Shown piece after piece: positions 1 to 9,324 of a stretch of 64,000 nucleotides of DNA. Made by a program: the position numbers and the translations under genes. Source of the DNA: a virus; the IMG/VR virus record IMGVR_UViG_3300022924_000018, positions 12,637 to 76,636 of that record. One strand, given 5' to 3'. The notes beneath the pieces were generated by a model. It was not told the DNA's origin, did not search any database, and saw only the letters and a list, made by a program, of their open reading frames with translations. Numbering within the stretch: the first letter of the stretch is position 1; each line of letters opens with the position of its first letter.

Positions 1-618
1 GCTTCGTTCTTGACGGGTATGGCTTTCTTCGGACAGAACATGAGTACATACGGTGGTGCTAAATTTATGGAAAGAGGAAAGGATGATAAGCTTATTGATT
101 TGGTGTCGGAAAAGGGAGGTTCTTTTAGTGAGAAAACTCGTTCAAGCATTGAAGTTGTAGATGAGAAAACAACGGAGAAAAGAGGGGTTACTACGGCAGA
201 GTTTGAGAAGTATGAAAAAGAGTACGGGGATTATGTTAAAGCAGAACTTAAATCTAACTATACAAAGCTAAAAGCAATGAATACAGAGGATTTTGAGAAA
301 GAGTTGAAGAAGATTAAATCTAACGCAACAGAGGTCGCTAAAGAAGCTGTATCAGGCATTGACGAGGATATGTTAAAGATGAGGAAAGACGGAGAAACAG
401 TTAAACTAACTCCTGAACAATTACAGGAACGTATAAGCTTAAATAAAGAGTTTATGAAGAAAGCAATAACCAAAAAGGACAGGTACATCAGATACTTTAT
501 GCGAAAAGATAAGGTTAGTAAGGAAGTAGCGGAAAAGAAAGCAGATAAAAAGCTTAAAAGCCTTGCTAATGAATTTTCTAAATCAAAGATGGAAAAAGAG
601 GTATTCTCTAATAAATAA
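1..618 (+). CDS. C-terminal part of a large, probably virion-associated protein (5' truncated)
   Basis: Frame is open from base 1; Lys/Glu-rich helical sequence; precedes tail genes. Confidence 0.55.
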   Translation, partial: ASFLTGMAFFGQNMSTYGGAKFMERGKDDKLIDLVSEKGGSFSEKTRSSIEVVDEKTTEKRGVTTAEFEKYEKEYGDYVKAELKSNYTKLKAMNTEDFEKELKKIKSNATEVAKEAVSGIDEDMLKMRKDGETVKLTPEQLQERISLNKEFMKKAITKKDRYIRYFMRKDKVSKEVAEKKADKKLKSLANEFSKSKMEKEVFSNK

Positions 619-661
619 ATTAAATAATAACTTTACAACATAAACTTAAATACAGATAATC

Positions 662-1138
662 ATGGCCTTAACACCTAGTCTATCATACTCCCAATCATCT
701 GATGGAAAAATTCTTACCATTATAGACACATCAAACTATGTCGCTCAAAGTGTAGACCCTGCTTCATATGTCAGAACCGTAGAGATATGGACTCTAAAAG
801 ATGCAAGTGGTTCTTTATTGGATACCTTAACATTTAATGGTTCAGAGTTAACGGTTGACTACGATTTAACTGCCGACCTTTATCTATCCCTTAAACTAAT
901 ATTTACAGGCTCACCTAGTGTTGCTAGCAAGATTATCAATATCGGAACTACCCAATTTGAATACATTGCCTTAGATAAGCGTTTAATGAAAAACTGTGGA
1001 TGTAGTAACAGTAAAGGATGTGATAAGACTACTTTAGGTGCTTTATATTTAAGTAGGGCAGAACAGCAGGTATTAGCAGGTAATCCCGCTAAGTTCAACT
1101 CATACATTCAAGCTAGTCTTAAAGTGTTAAACGGATAA
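662..1138 (+). CDS. Putative tail structural protein
   Basis: 158 aa, beta-rich N-terminus, NCGC motif near C-terminus; tail-module context. Confidence 0.5.
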   Translation: MALTPSLSYSQSSDGKILTIIDTSNYVAQSVDPASYVRTVEIWTLKDASGSLLDTLTFNGSELTVDYDLTADLYLSLKLIFTGSPSVASKIINIGTTQFEYIALDKRLMKNCGCSNSKGCDKTTLGALYLSRAEQQVLAGNPAKFNSYIQASLKVLNG

Positions 1139-1141
1139 GCC

Positions 1142-1759
1142 ATGACAATAGAGGAAATACAAGATACTATTCTACTTGCCAACTCGTTCACGCTTGAGCT
1201 TACTGATCTTTTATTAGAGGAGCAAAAGAAGGGCTGTAGCGGATGCAAATATGAAGGACAGATAAATCAGATAAACAACTTAGTTCTTTCGTTAGAGAAC
1301 AGGATAAGCCGTAATGATTTAAGTTTAGATACATATAAGATTTACAGTTGCCTTTTAACAGCTATAGAGAACTTTAGTGGTTCTTCTGTAATCGACCCTA
1401 ACGCTTTGGTTAGCGGAATAACAATTATTGTAGATGGTGGAGGAAGTGGTGACGATACACCTGATTCTATTGACGTGTTCTATTCCGATATGACGGGTGA
1501 CGATGGTAATGGTGGCAGAACAACTTATACCAACACTGATTTAATAGGTTGGATTCCATTTATTCAAACACTAGGCGTTTCTATGCTTTATATTGATGTA
1601 GACTTTACGTGGAACTCAAGTACCGCAGTTTTGGAGTTATTGCCTAATGGAAATTTACCTGCTATTTATTCAGGCGGTACATTCAGAATTACAGGTTATA
1701 AGAGAGATGGGGATGTGCCTATAAACCCTTTAGTTCCGTTATTAATAAATTGGTCTTAA
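1142..1759 (+). CDS. Putative tail structural protein
   Basis: 205 aa, CSGC motif, tightly coupled to previous gene. Confidence 0.45.
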   Translation: MTIEEIQDTILLANSFTLELTDLLLEEQKKGCSGCKYEGQINQINNLVLSLENRISRNDLSLDTYKIYSCLLTAIENFSGSSVIDPNALVSGITIIVDGGGSGDDTPDSIDVFYSDMTGDDGNGGRTTYTNTDLIGWIPFIQTLGVSMLYIDVDFTWNSSTAVLELLPNGNLPAIYSGGTFRITGYKRDGDVPINPLVPLLINWS

Positions 1760-1771
1760 CAAGGTATAAAA

Positions 1772-2776
1772 ATGAGTTCTATAAAATCTTTAGCCGATAA
1801 TTCGGTGTCAACATATCCAACAGATAGCAATGTAAACGTATATGCTACGGGAAGCACACCTATGCAGGTTATATTAAGTTCAGGAGAAGAGGTAACAATA
1901 GCAGAGTTAAACGGAGGTAGTCCTATTACAACAAGTCCCTTTGACTTTACCTACAATTCCTCTACATTTCCAAGTGGCGTTAATCCTGTAGTTACAGATG
2001 TAGGAACAGACAAAACAATAACATTTACATTTTCAGGAGATATAGATTCAGGTGATTTACCTATCATATGCAAGTACTTAGGTGATACTTTAATTGATAA
2101 TAAGATTTCAAGAGCAACAGGAACAACATTGATTAATGTAATACCAACAGTTGATGGGTATATTTGTAGTCCTGTAAGCTTTGATGAGTTGATTTTTGAT
2201 GAAGATAAAGATGTTGATATTGTCCTAACTCCTGTTATAGTCCCTGCATTATATTCGGGATACACATTAGATAATCCTGAAACATTTAATAACGGGATAG
2301 TTTTAAATGAAGTCGACGGTGTATATAAGAGTGAGGGAGGTTCAGAGTTTATAGGTCAAGGATTAGAGGGAATGGTCGTAAATGGTAAAAGAGCAATTAT
2401 TTACACAGAGGATACTAAAAATATAGTTTTTGGTTTAGGTGCTTCGGGAATGGATAACCTATATGATGCTCCTGCAATATCTTTTGAGATTGACAGTATG
2501 GGATTTGTTATTGTAGTTAAAAATAATGTTTACGTGTCCGACTTATCCCCACAACCATCTGTTGGACAAGGCTTATTGTTTAAACGTATGACAGTAGAAG
2601 ACCCATCAACAGAATTAACTACCATAAGGGTTGGACGTACCATAGATGGAGAAAACTTTCTAACAGGCTATCAGGACGTACCATTACAGTATTTTAGAGA
2701 TACAGGGCGTTGTGCGGTTTATGAAATGGCTAACAATACATCAATAGAATTAAATCATCCACAATATAAAGCTTAA
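1772..2776 (+). CDS. Putative tail fibre-associated structural protein
   Basis: 334 aa acidic, T/S/G-rich beta-strand composition. Confidence 0.45.
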   Translation: MSSIKSLADNSVSTYPTDSNVNVYATGSTPMQVILSSGEEVTIAELNGGSPITTSPFDFTYNSSTFPSGVNPVVTDVGTDKTITFTFSGDIDSGDLPIICKYLGDTLIDNKISRATGTTLINVIPTVDGYICSPVSFDELIFDEDKDVDIVLTPVIVPALYSGYTLDNPETFNNGIVLNEVDGVYKSEGGSEFIGQGLEGMVVNGKRAIIYTEDTKNIVFGLGASGMDNLYDAPAISFEIDSMGFVIVVKNNVYVSDLSPQPSVGQGLLFKRMTVEDPSTELTTIRVGRTIDGENFLTGYQDVPLQYFRDTGRCAVYEMANNTSIELNHPQYKA

Positions 2777-2782
2777 AATAAA

Positions 2783-3889
2783 ATGAGTACAATATGTAAC
2801 TTATCGTGGGTTGAAATGCCTCCTGAACCAACAACAGAATTTGATGTTCTTAACACTTATGAGCAGATGTTTACACATGTGAACTTTGCCTTTGGTTCAG
2901 GAACAGACGGACAGCACATAACAACTATACCTGCAAAGAAAGGTGGTAAGCCCCTTATTTATTCAGGAGTAAATAATCCGTTAATTGGAGGAGCGCCAAT
3001 ATTAACTATTTTTAAAGATGACCCAACCGAGGCTAGTATAGATGTTCCAAATATCCCTAGCTTAATGTATAGAAGTGCTGAATTTGACCCAAGTCTTGCT
3101 AATCCAAGAGAAGTAGCGTTTGTTATGAGGTTTTTAGCAGGGCAAGATTATGAGCAGTTTCAGGACACCTTTGTAGGTGGTGACCCATTTGGAGATTCAG
3201 GGGCTCAATTTAGAGTGATAGACGGAGTTAATCAGAAAGCAGGTTTTAGAGCAAGAGTTGGAAACAATGATGTGATCGGCAGTTCTTTTTGCCCCTACTG
3301 GAAGAAATCTTTAGTTCAATTGTCAATGACAGACTCACTAACTAGAATGTGGGTTAATGGAGTTTACCAAGGTTCAATAGAACCTAGCGATGCTTTACTT
3401 AAAACATGCAATGAGATTTTTGTAAACACTAATAATCCTGACCAACAATGGTTTGCTTCTTATCATAAAGTTGATGGGTTGTTTAGTGATGATGACAGGC
3501 TTAAAATAGGTGTTTCTTTAATGAGAAAACATAAATGTGGTGTAGACCCTCAATTCCCATATGCAATTAATGTAGCACAGGGGTTATCATCAGGAGTTTG
3601 GTCTAGTACTTATACAACGAGAAATCCATCAGGAGGAGGTATTAATCCTGCTCTTACACAAAATCAATGGATTATTAATATTAGGAATACGGGGGCTTTT
3701 GAATATCAAAAAGTTATTGCTACTACACCAACGGTAACGGAGTCTGCTGTTAATGCTGCTGTTGCTGCTTATAAAGCTGAAATAGGTGGTTCATTTGAGA
3801 GTTCACATATTTACAATCAGGTAAAGGCTTTTGATAATTCAGGGTTTGGGTGGAAATATATGCGTGGAGATTATAGTTTAATAGCATAA
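2783..3889 (+). CDS. Putative receptor-binding protein with ConA/LamG-like domain
   Basis: TRMWVNGVYQGS resembles the LamG-like strand motif; tail context. Confidence 0.4.
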   Translation: MSTICNLSWVEMPPEPTTEFDVLNTYEQMFTHVNFAFGSGTDGQHITTIPAKKGGKPLIYSGVNNPLIGGAPILTIFKDDPTEASIDVPNIPSLMYRSAEFDPSLANPREVAFVMRFLAGQDYEQFQDTFVGGDPFGDSGAQFRVIDGVNQKAGFRARVGNNDVIGSSFCPYWKKSLVQLSMTDSLTRMWVNGVYQGSIEPSDALLKTCNEIFVNTNNPDQQWFASYHKVDGLFSDDDRLKIGVSLMRKHKCGVDPQFPYAINVAQGLSSGVWSSTYTTRNPSGGGINPALTQNQWIINIRNTGAFEYQKVIATTPTVTESAVNAAVAAYKAEIGGSFESSHIYNQVKAFDNSGFGWKYMRGDYSLIA

Positions 3890-3900
3890 TAAAAAACAAG

Positions 3901-6627
3901 ATGAAAAGAATATTAACGATATTATTAATGGGTATTGCCTTTGCTTCATATGGACAGGCAGACATTAACAGGACAGTAAAAACACCTGCAACGGGTTCTA
4001 ATCAAAATAAGACTGCTGTAAGAGATGCTAATCTAACTGCTGTTTATAATTTAAGGATGCCATCTTGGAGTTCGTTCAACCTGTTTAATGCTAAGCCTGA
4101 TAGTGCAGGCTACATAGGCTACCAAAACGTAATTAAAAGAGCAGCTATTTGGAGTGGCAATAAGTTTGACACATTGGCATTTACTCAAGATTTAGCAAAT
4201 TACATGACTATTACAGACGGTTTAAAGCGATTAGACAGCATAACTGTTAGTGGGCTGACTGTTACCGCATATGCTCCTATTCAGTGGCGTATAAACGCTG
4301 TAAATTATCAAAAATTAACAAATAGCGTATTCTCTATTCCTGCTACTACAGACGGGTATAACAGAATAGATTTATTATATGCCACGACAAGTAATACAGT
4401 TTTGAGATTACAGGGTACAGAAACTATGGGTGTAGCAGTAGAACCCGTTCCTCCTGTTAATACAATTAAGGTAAGTGCCATATTTATTACAGGAAGCACT
4501 ATAAGTCCTCCTTTTCCAGATTTAACGGATTATCTTACAAAGAGTGAGGCAACATTATTATATCCTACTTTTAATTATCTTACATCAAACTACTATACAA
4601 GCTCACAATCGGACAGTAAATATATATATGCAAGTCCAAATACTCCACAATCAGCAAGCATAGACATAACAGATAATGCAACTATTGGCTCTAATTTATC
4701 AGTAGGAAATAACGCAACAATTGAAAGGACTTTATTCACATCTGATATAAGGTCATTAACTGGGGAGAATTTAACGTTATATACTGCTAATAATTTATAC
4801 CTTAACCTATCGGGAGGTAGTAAGCTTATTGTTGGTGATGCAACCGAGGGTGCTGTTGCTGATTTTAGAACTACCGTTAATTTGATTAAAATACCAACAA
4901 CAGCAACAGGCACCAATTACTCATTAGTAAGAGATAGTGTATCAGGAGAGATTAAGCAACAAATGATTACAGGAGGCGGAGGCGGTTCAGGAACTGTTAC
5001 AAGCGTTTCAAGTGCTAACGGAGATATAAGTGTAGCAACGGGAACAACAACCCCTTTATTGACCTTAAATAGTGGCACAGGGGCAAACCAAATTGTTAAA
5101 AGAGATGGTAGTGGTAATATCGCTGATTTATCAGGATATGCTTTATTAAATGGTAACAATACATTTAACGGAATAGAAACAATAACTGAATCGGCATTTC
5201 CTGATTACAATACAGTAGTAAGGTCATACAACATACAGGTTAATGATATAGCGGGTTATTTTGGTAGATTATCTCCTGCCGAGCTTTTAATACAAGGTAA
5301 TCTTTCGGGAAGTGGATTTGTATTAAGGGGTGATAACGTTACAGGGGCGCTAAAGACATTTCAAATGCCTAATGTATCGGGTATATTAGCTTTAACTTCT
5401 GATTTACACTCTCCGGTAACTATAGGGACTGCTAACGGACTTTCTTTAGCCGGACAAGCATTATCTATGGCTTTAGCAAACGGAAGCGTTACAGGGGCTT
5501 TAAATGCCACTGATTACAACACATTCAACAACAAACAACCTCAACTCAACGGAACAGGATTTGTAAAGGCATCTGGAACAACGATTAGTTACGACAATAG
5601 CACTTATCTTACAACGACAGCAGCGGCAGCAGGGTATGTAGATTTAACTACTAATCAAAATGTTGGAGGCACTAAAACAATGACTGCTAATAACTTTTAT
5701 ATAGATGGCAGTGTGGGTACTCAAAAGATGTTTGGATTTAGTGGCGCTGATACTAATCCTAACTTTAAAGGTGTTTATGACTTTGATGGTGGTTACAGCG
5801 GGTTTCAATCAGGTACTAATAAAGGTGTTCAGGTATTCGGATATTGGGGAGTAACTATTCAGGGCAATACTCAACAGGCGACTCCTAACACATTAGCAAC
5901 TATCACTGGGGCTACAACAGATAATAGCTTAACTGTACTTCAAACAACATCTAATGCACCTATAATGGAGATAAAGGCTGCATCAGGAATATCTGCTAAT
6001 TATTTAAACATAAGTACAAGTGCAGGAACAGGAAATATTTTTAATATCAACTCTTCGGGTAATGCAACATTAGCGGGCAGTTTAAACGGCATAACATTTA
6101 CAAATTCAGGGACTAAGACTTTAAACTTAGCTAGTGGAAGTTCTTTAATTACTTCGGGGGCTTTCTCCACTACTTTAACATCAACAGCTAATACAACAGT
6201 TACCTTTCCCACAACAGGAACTTTATACGGTACAGCTACGGGAAGTATTACATCAGCACAGTTATTAGCTTCTTTAAGTAATGAAACAGGGACAGGTGTA
6301 GCAGTATTTGGTACATCACCAACAATTACAACTCCCAATTTAACTTATGCCATAGCAAATAAAACCACCACTTATACAGTTGTTTTAACAGACTATACAT
6401 TGACAGGGGATGCAACTACAGCCTCTTTTACTATGACTTTACCTACAGCAGCTTCATCAACGGGAAAGATTTTTAGCTTTAAGAAGATAGATAGTTCAGC
6501 GAACACGGTGACTATCAAAGGTAATGGTGCAGAATTGATTGATGGAACTAATACAAAAGTAATTACTACTCAATATGGCGGTTTTACATTGCAAAGCAAC
6601 GGAACGGTATGGTACATTATATTATAA
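3901..6627 (+). CDS. Tail-fibre-like protein with N-terminal Sec signal peptide
   Basis: 908 aa T/S/G-rich; GGGGSGTVTSV linker; fibre motifs (DYNTFNNKQ, C-terminal TLPTAA...IDG...LQSNGTVWYII); MKRILTILLMGIAFASYG-Q signal. Confidence 0.7.
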   Translation: MKRILTILLMGIAFASYGQADINRTVKTPATGSNQNKTAVRDANLTAVYNLRMPSWSSFNLFNAKPDSAGYIGYQNVIKRAAIWSGNKFDTLAFTQDLANYMTITDGLKRLDSITVSGLTVTAYAPIQWRINAVNYQKLTNSVFSIPATTDGYNRIDLLYATTSNTVLRLQGTETMGVAVEPVPPVNTIKVSAIFITGSTISPPFPDLTDYLTKSEATLLYPTFNYLTSNYYTSSQSDSKYIYASPNTPQSASIDITDNATIGSNLSVGNNATIERTLFTSDIRSLTGENLTLYTANNLYLNLSGGSKLIVGDATEGAVADFRTTVNLIKIPTTATGTNYSLVRDSVSGEIKQQMITGGGGGSGTVTSVSSANGDISVATGTTTPLLTLNSGTGANQIVKRDGSGNIADLSGYALLNGNNTFNGIETITESAFPDYNTVVRSYNIQVNDIAGYFGRLSPAELLIQGNLSGSGFVLRGDNVTGALKTFQMPNVSGILALTSDLHSPVTIGTANGLSLAGQALSMALANGSVTGALNATDYNTFNNKQPQLNGTGFVKASGTTISYDNSTYLTTTAAAAGYVDLTTNQNVGGTKTMTANNFYIDGSVGTQKMFGFSGADTNPNFKGVYDFDGGYSGFQSGTNKGVQVFGYWGVTIQGNTQQATPNTLATITGATTDNSLTVLQTTSNAPIMEIKAASGISANYLNISTSAGTGNIFNINSSGNATLAGSLNGITFTNSGTKTLNLASGSSLITSGAFSTTLTSTANTTVTFPTTGTLYGTATGSITSAQLLASLSNETGTGVAVFGTSPTITTPNLTYAIANKTTTYTVVLTDYTLTGDATTASFTMTLPTAASSTGKIFSFKKIDSSANTVTIKGNGAELIDGTNTKVITTQYGGFTLQSNGTVWYIIL

Positions 6628-6631
6628 ATAT

Positions 6632-6656
6632 AAAGCGGGTGTAAAAGCCCGCATTT
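6632..6656 (+). terminator. Intrinsic terminator-like hairpin
   Basis: gcggg/cccgc stem right after the fibre stop; weak U tail. Confidence 0.5.
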
Positions 6657-6675
6657 CACTTCTAATCCCTATTAT

Positions 6676-7335
6676 ATGAAAAAACATCTACTTATTCTTC
6701 TTCTTGGGTTATCTACAGCATCTTTTGCGCAAACGCAGGATGTTACCATTTTAGACCCGCATGTAACGCAGATTCAGAGAACGGCAGACTTACTTTCAGC
6801 GTTGCCCCGTCAAAGGGTTTCTACCTCAACAGCCTTAGTTTTAACCGATCAATGGCAGACGGTTACATTTGTATCAGGTAATAGCCTTTTTGATATGAAC
6901 AACTTTGCAACGAGTCGTTGGGACTTCACCAATTCCAAGCTACTCACCAACCCCTTGAATAACTATGAACAAGGTTATACATTAAGGTTTGATATGAGTT
7001 TACAGAATGTAACAGGCATGAGTAAGGTGCAGCTAAGATTCGTTATTCCTGCCCCTACACCTACTTACTTTCCTTTTCCTAACTCAAGTACCAATAGCTT
7101 TGTAGACGTCACTACGCTCACTATACAAGGCGAGATAAAGAACAACAGTTTTGGTTATGACATTTACACTAATTCAGATTTCAGGACTTATGGGTGTCAG
7201 ATTCAGATGAGGGCATTAAGCTATTCAAACACGAGTAACATTCTTACAGGGCTTATATCGCAAGTGTTAACAGTACTTACAGGAAGTAACAGGGTAAGCA
7301 TACTAAACTCATCACTGAATATTTACGCTAAATAA
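6676..7335 (+). CDS. Secreted beta-rich protein
   Basis: Signal peptide MKKHLLILLLGLSTASFA-Q. Confidence 0.55.
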   Translation: MKKHLLILLLGLSTASFAQTQDVTILDPHVTQIQRTADLLSALPRQRVSTSTALVLTDQWQTVTFVSGNSLFDMNNFATSRWDFTNSKLLTNPLNNYEQGYTLRFDMSLQNVTGMSKVQLRFVIPAPTPTYFPFPNSSTNSFVDVTTLTIQGEIKNNSFGYDIYTNSDFRTYGCQIQMRALSYSNTSNILTGLISQVLTVLTGSNRVSILNSSLNIYAK

Positions 7336-7336
7336 T

Positions 7337-7344
7337 TATATTTG
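7337..7344 (+). promoter_or_regulatory. Bacteroidota sigma70 -7 element TATATTTG
   Basis: Matches TAnnTTTG, 30 nt upstream of the peptide ORF. Confidence 0.55.
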
Positions 7345-7373
7345 GAGAAACTTATACTTAAAAATTAAAAATC

Positions 7374-7520
7374 ATGGAAGAAAATTTACAAAACGAAGAA
7401 TCGTCTTTAAGAGGTGACACTTGCAATGGGGTAGAGAAACCTACAGATGGCAATGATTGGATTTGTCAAGATGGTAAATGGGTTAAAATAGATGTTCCAA
7501 CCCTACCAACAGAACCTTAA
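7374..7520 (+). CDS. 48-aa peptide MEENLQNEESSLRGDTCNGVEKPTDGNDWICQDGKWVKIDVPTLPTEP (not in ORF track)
   Basis: Read directly from sequence; A-rich start context; fills the gap; two Cys, two Trp. Confidence 0.75.
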   Translation: MEENLQNEESSLRGDTCNGVEKPTDGNDWICQDGKWVKIDVPTLPTEP

Positions 7521-7531
7521 TCATTTCAGAG

Positions 7532-7909
7532 ATGTATAAATACCTACGAGAACATGGGATATTGACTACATTTCTAATTCACTGGCTTCTATATTATTTT
7601 GCTTTGCTTAATAATACATTGGATTGGGGGTTTAGCGGCAAGTTAAATTACTCAATCCAATGGGGAAGCCTACCGATATTGGGAATAGGCGTAGCTATTA
7701 CTTTTTCCAAGTGTATTGATGATTGTAATGTAAGATTGTTAAATGCATGTATATTTAGTATGGCGGTAAGGCTAGTGGTCATTGTGCTTAAGCCTTGGGG
7801 TTTTGACAGTAGTCCTACCATTATGTTCATTTGCGGATTCTGCTTGATATTTTACTTTCTTTATGAGTACTTTTACATGAAATCAAAAAGAAGAAAACTA
7901 TACATTTAA
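7532..7909 (+). CDS. Small multi-pass membrane protein (~4 TM)
   Basis: Four hydrophobic segments, basic C-terminal tail. Confidence 0.65.
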   Translation: MYKYLREHGILTTFLIHWLLYYFALLNNTLDWGFSGKLNYSIQWGSLPILGIGVAITFSKCIDDCNVRLLNACIFSMAVRLVVIVLKPWGFDSSPTIMFICGFCLIFYFLYEYFYMKSKRRKLYI

Positions 7910-7914
7910 CTTTG
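7907..7914 (+). promoter_or_regulatory. -7 element TAACTTTG
   Basis: Matches TAnnTTTG upstream of 7961. Confidence 0.5.
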
Positions 7915-7960
7915 CCTATAAGATAAAAATTCTACTTCACAATTTTATAACATTTACACC

Positions 7961-8305
7961 ATGAAGGGAATTTATCTAAAGCTTTCTATCCTAGCATACA
8001 CAATATTTGTTTTATGCTACAATTTCTTTGAAGTTACGCTATCAACTAATTACTATTATTTATTTGAAAAATGTTTTATGCTTATGGTTCTTTTTATAGA
8101 CTACAAAAGTTCTACGATAACAGACAGGCTGTTTATAAACTATGCAAGAATATTAACGACATTGGTGCTTGTGCATCTTATACTATCCTTATTTCAGGAC
8201 GGTGTTAAAGAGTATGGATTGGCATTCTTAGTGTCTAGCGTTGTACTATCTATCTTTGGTTCGTTAATTGCGCTTTACTTGGAAATAAGGAGAGAGAAAT
8301 TATGA
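7961..8305 (+). CDS. Small multi-pass membrane protein (~4 TM)
   Basis: Hydrophobic segments throughout. Confidence 0.65.
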   Translation: MKGIYLKLSILAYTIFVLCYNFFEVTLSTNYYYLFEKCFMLMVLFIDYKSSTITDRLFINYARILTTLVLVHLILSLFQDGVKEYGLAFLVSSVVLSIFGSLIALYLEIRREKL

Positions 8306-8565
8306 AAAAGGAAAGATTTGTTTGGAGTTGGCCGATACTGCTTATGATATGCGTTACCTTTAGCGCTAGTGTGTTACAGTCTTGTGGGGCAATAAAAGTT
8401 GATAGCATTAACAAACGTCCTATATTAAACACATTCAATCAGCTTAATGCTGTGTGTTGGGTGTCAGGGTTTACAATTGTTATAGGCATTGCTTTTGCGT
8501 ATTACGTACACCTACAGTTAACAAAACTAGATGAAAAGATTAACCAATTAAAGCACAGTGAATAA
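8302..8565 (+). CDS. Small membrane protein, possible lipoprotein with C-terminal TM
   Basis: LQSC lipobox-like motif after a hydrophobic stretch; second TM; ATGA overlap. Confidence 0.55.
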   Translation: MKKERFVWSWPILLMICVTFSASVLQSCGAIKVDSINKRPILNTFNQLNAVCWVSGFTIVIGIAFAYYVHLQLTKLDEKINQLKHSE

Positions 8566-8567
8566 TA

Positions 8568-8864
8568 ATGAATCAATCAGAAGAAAGGGTACAATTATCC
8601 CGCAAGTGGAAGCTATTTCAGTTGTATTCACTTCAAATTGCTTTGGGTTGCCTTTCAGGATTGATATTATTAAACTTCTCTTATGTGGAGGGAGTGTTCA
8701 AGAAAATTCATTTGGAAGCTCTGTATGCTTACTTCCTTGCATCCGTCATTATTATTGGTGTATTTGCTTTTATGTGTTCAGGAGGAATAGGATTATTCAG
8801 ATTGATAAATGCAAAGCGATTACTAAGGATTATAGAAAAGGAGGACAATAACGATGGAGTATAA
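8568..8864 (+). CDS. Small membrane protein (2 TM)
   Basis: Two hydrophobic segments; operonic spacing. Confidence 0.6.
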   Translation: MNQSEERVQLSRKWKLFQLYSLQIALGCLSGLILLNFSYVEGVFKKIHLEALYAYFLASVIIIGVFAFMCSGGIGLFRLINAKRLLRIIEKEDNNDGV

Positions 8865-9207
8865 TTACAGAATAGGTCTGGTTGTTTTTCTTATTAATGT
8901 TACTATAATTATTTGTTGCAGTATAGGAAGCTATTATAGGTTTCATAGCGCTGTTAACTCTAAAACAAAGAAAGAGGCAGACCAACACTTCTTAGTACTT
9001 TTATGCTTCCTTACTTTTCTTGTAGCTAATTCTTTTGCCCTATATACAGGATACAAAGCTTATATACTGACTCCTTCGTTAATACGGAGTGATTTGATAA
9101 TTTATAGATTGGCTGACAGAAGTGCTATGTTGCTTGTTAGTATAGGATTGATGTTATTGGGAAGGAATATTAAAGGAGTGTTTAAACATGAGGATATAGA
9201 TACTTAA
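8854..9207 (+). CDS. Small membrane protein (3 TM)
   Basis: Three hydrophobic segments; overlaps previous gene. Confidence 0.6.
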   Translation: MEYNYRIGLVVFLINVTIIICCSIGSYYRFHSAVNSKTKKEADQHFLVLLCFLTFLVANSFALYTGYKAYILTPSLIRSDLIIYRLADRSAMLLVSIGLMLLGRNIKGVFKHEDIDT

Positions 9208-9251
9208 AGAACTGTAACTTCGTTATATTCATAATTTGTTTTTAGAGAAAG

Positions 9252-9286
9252 GAGAAAGGTGTTCGGATGGATGCCTTTTCTTGTTT
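9252..9286 (+). terminator. Intrinsic terminator
   Basis: gaaaggtgttc/ggatgccttttc stem followed by T-rich tail. Confidence 0.6.
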
Positions 9287-9324
9287 ATTGATATTCAGTA
9301 CATTTACATAAAAAAAGAATCACT

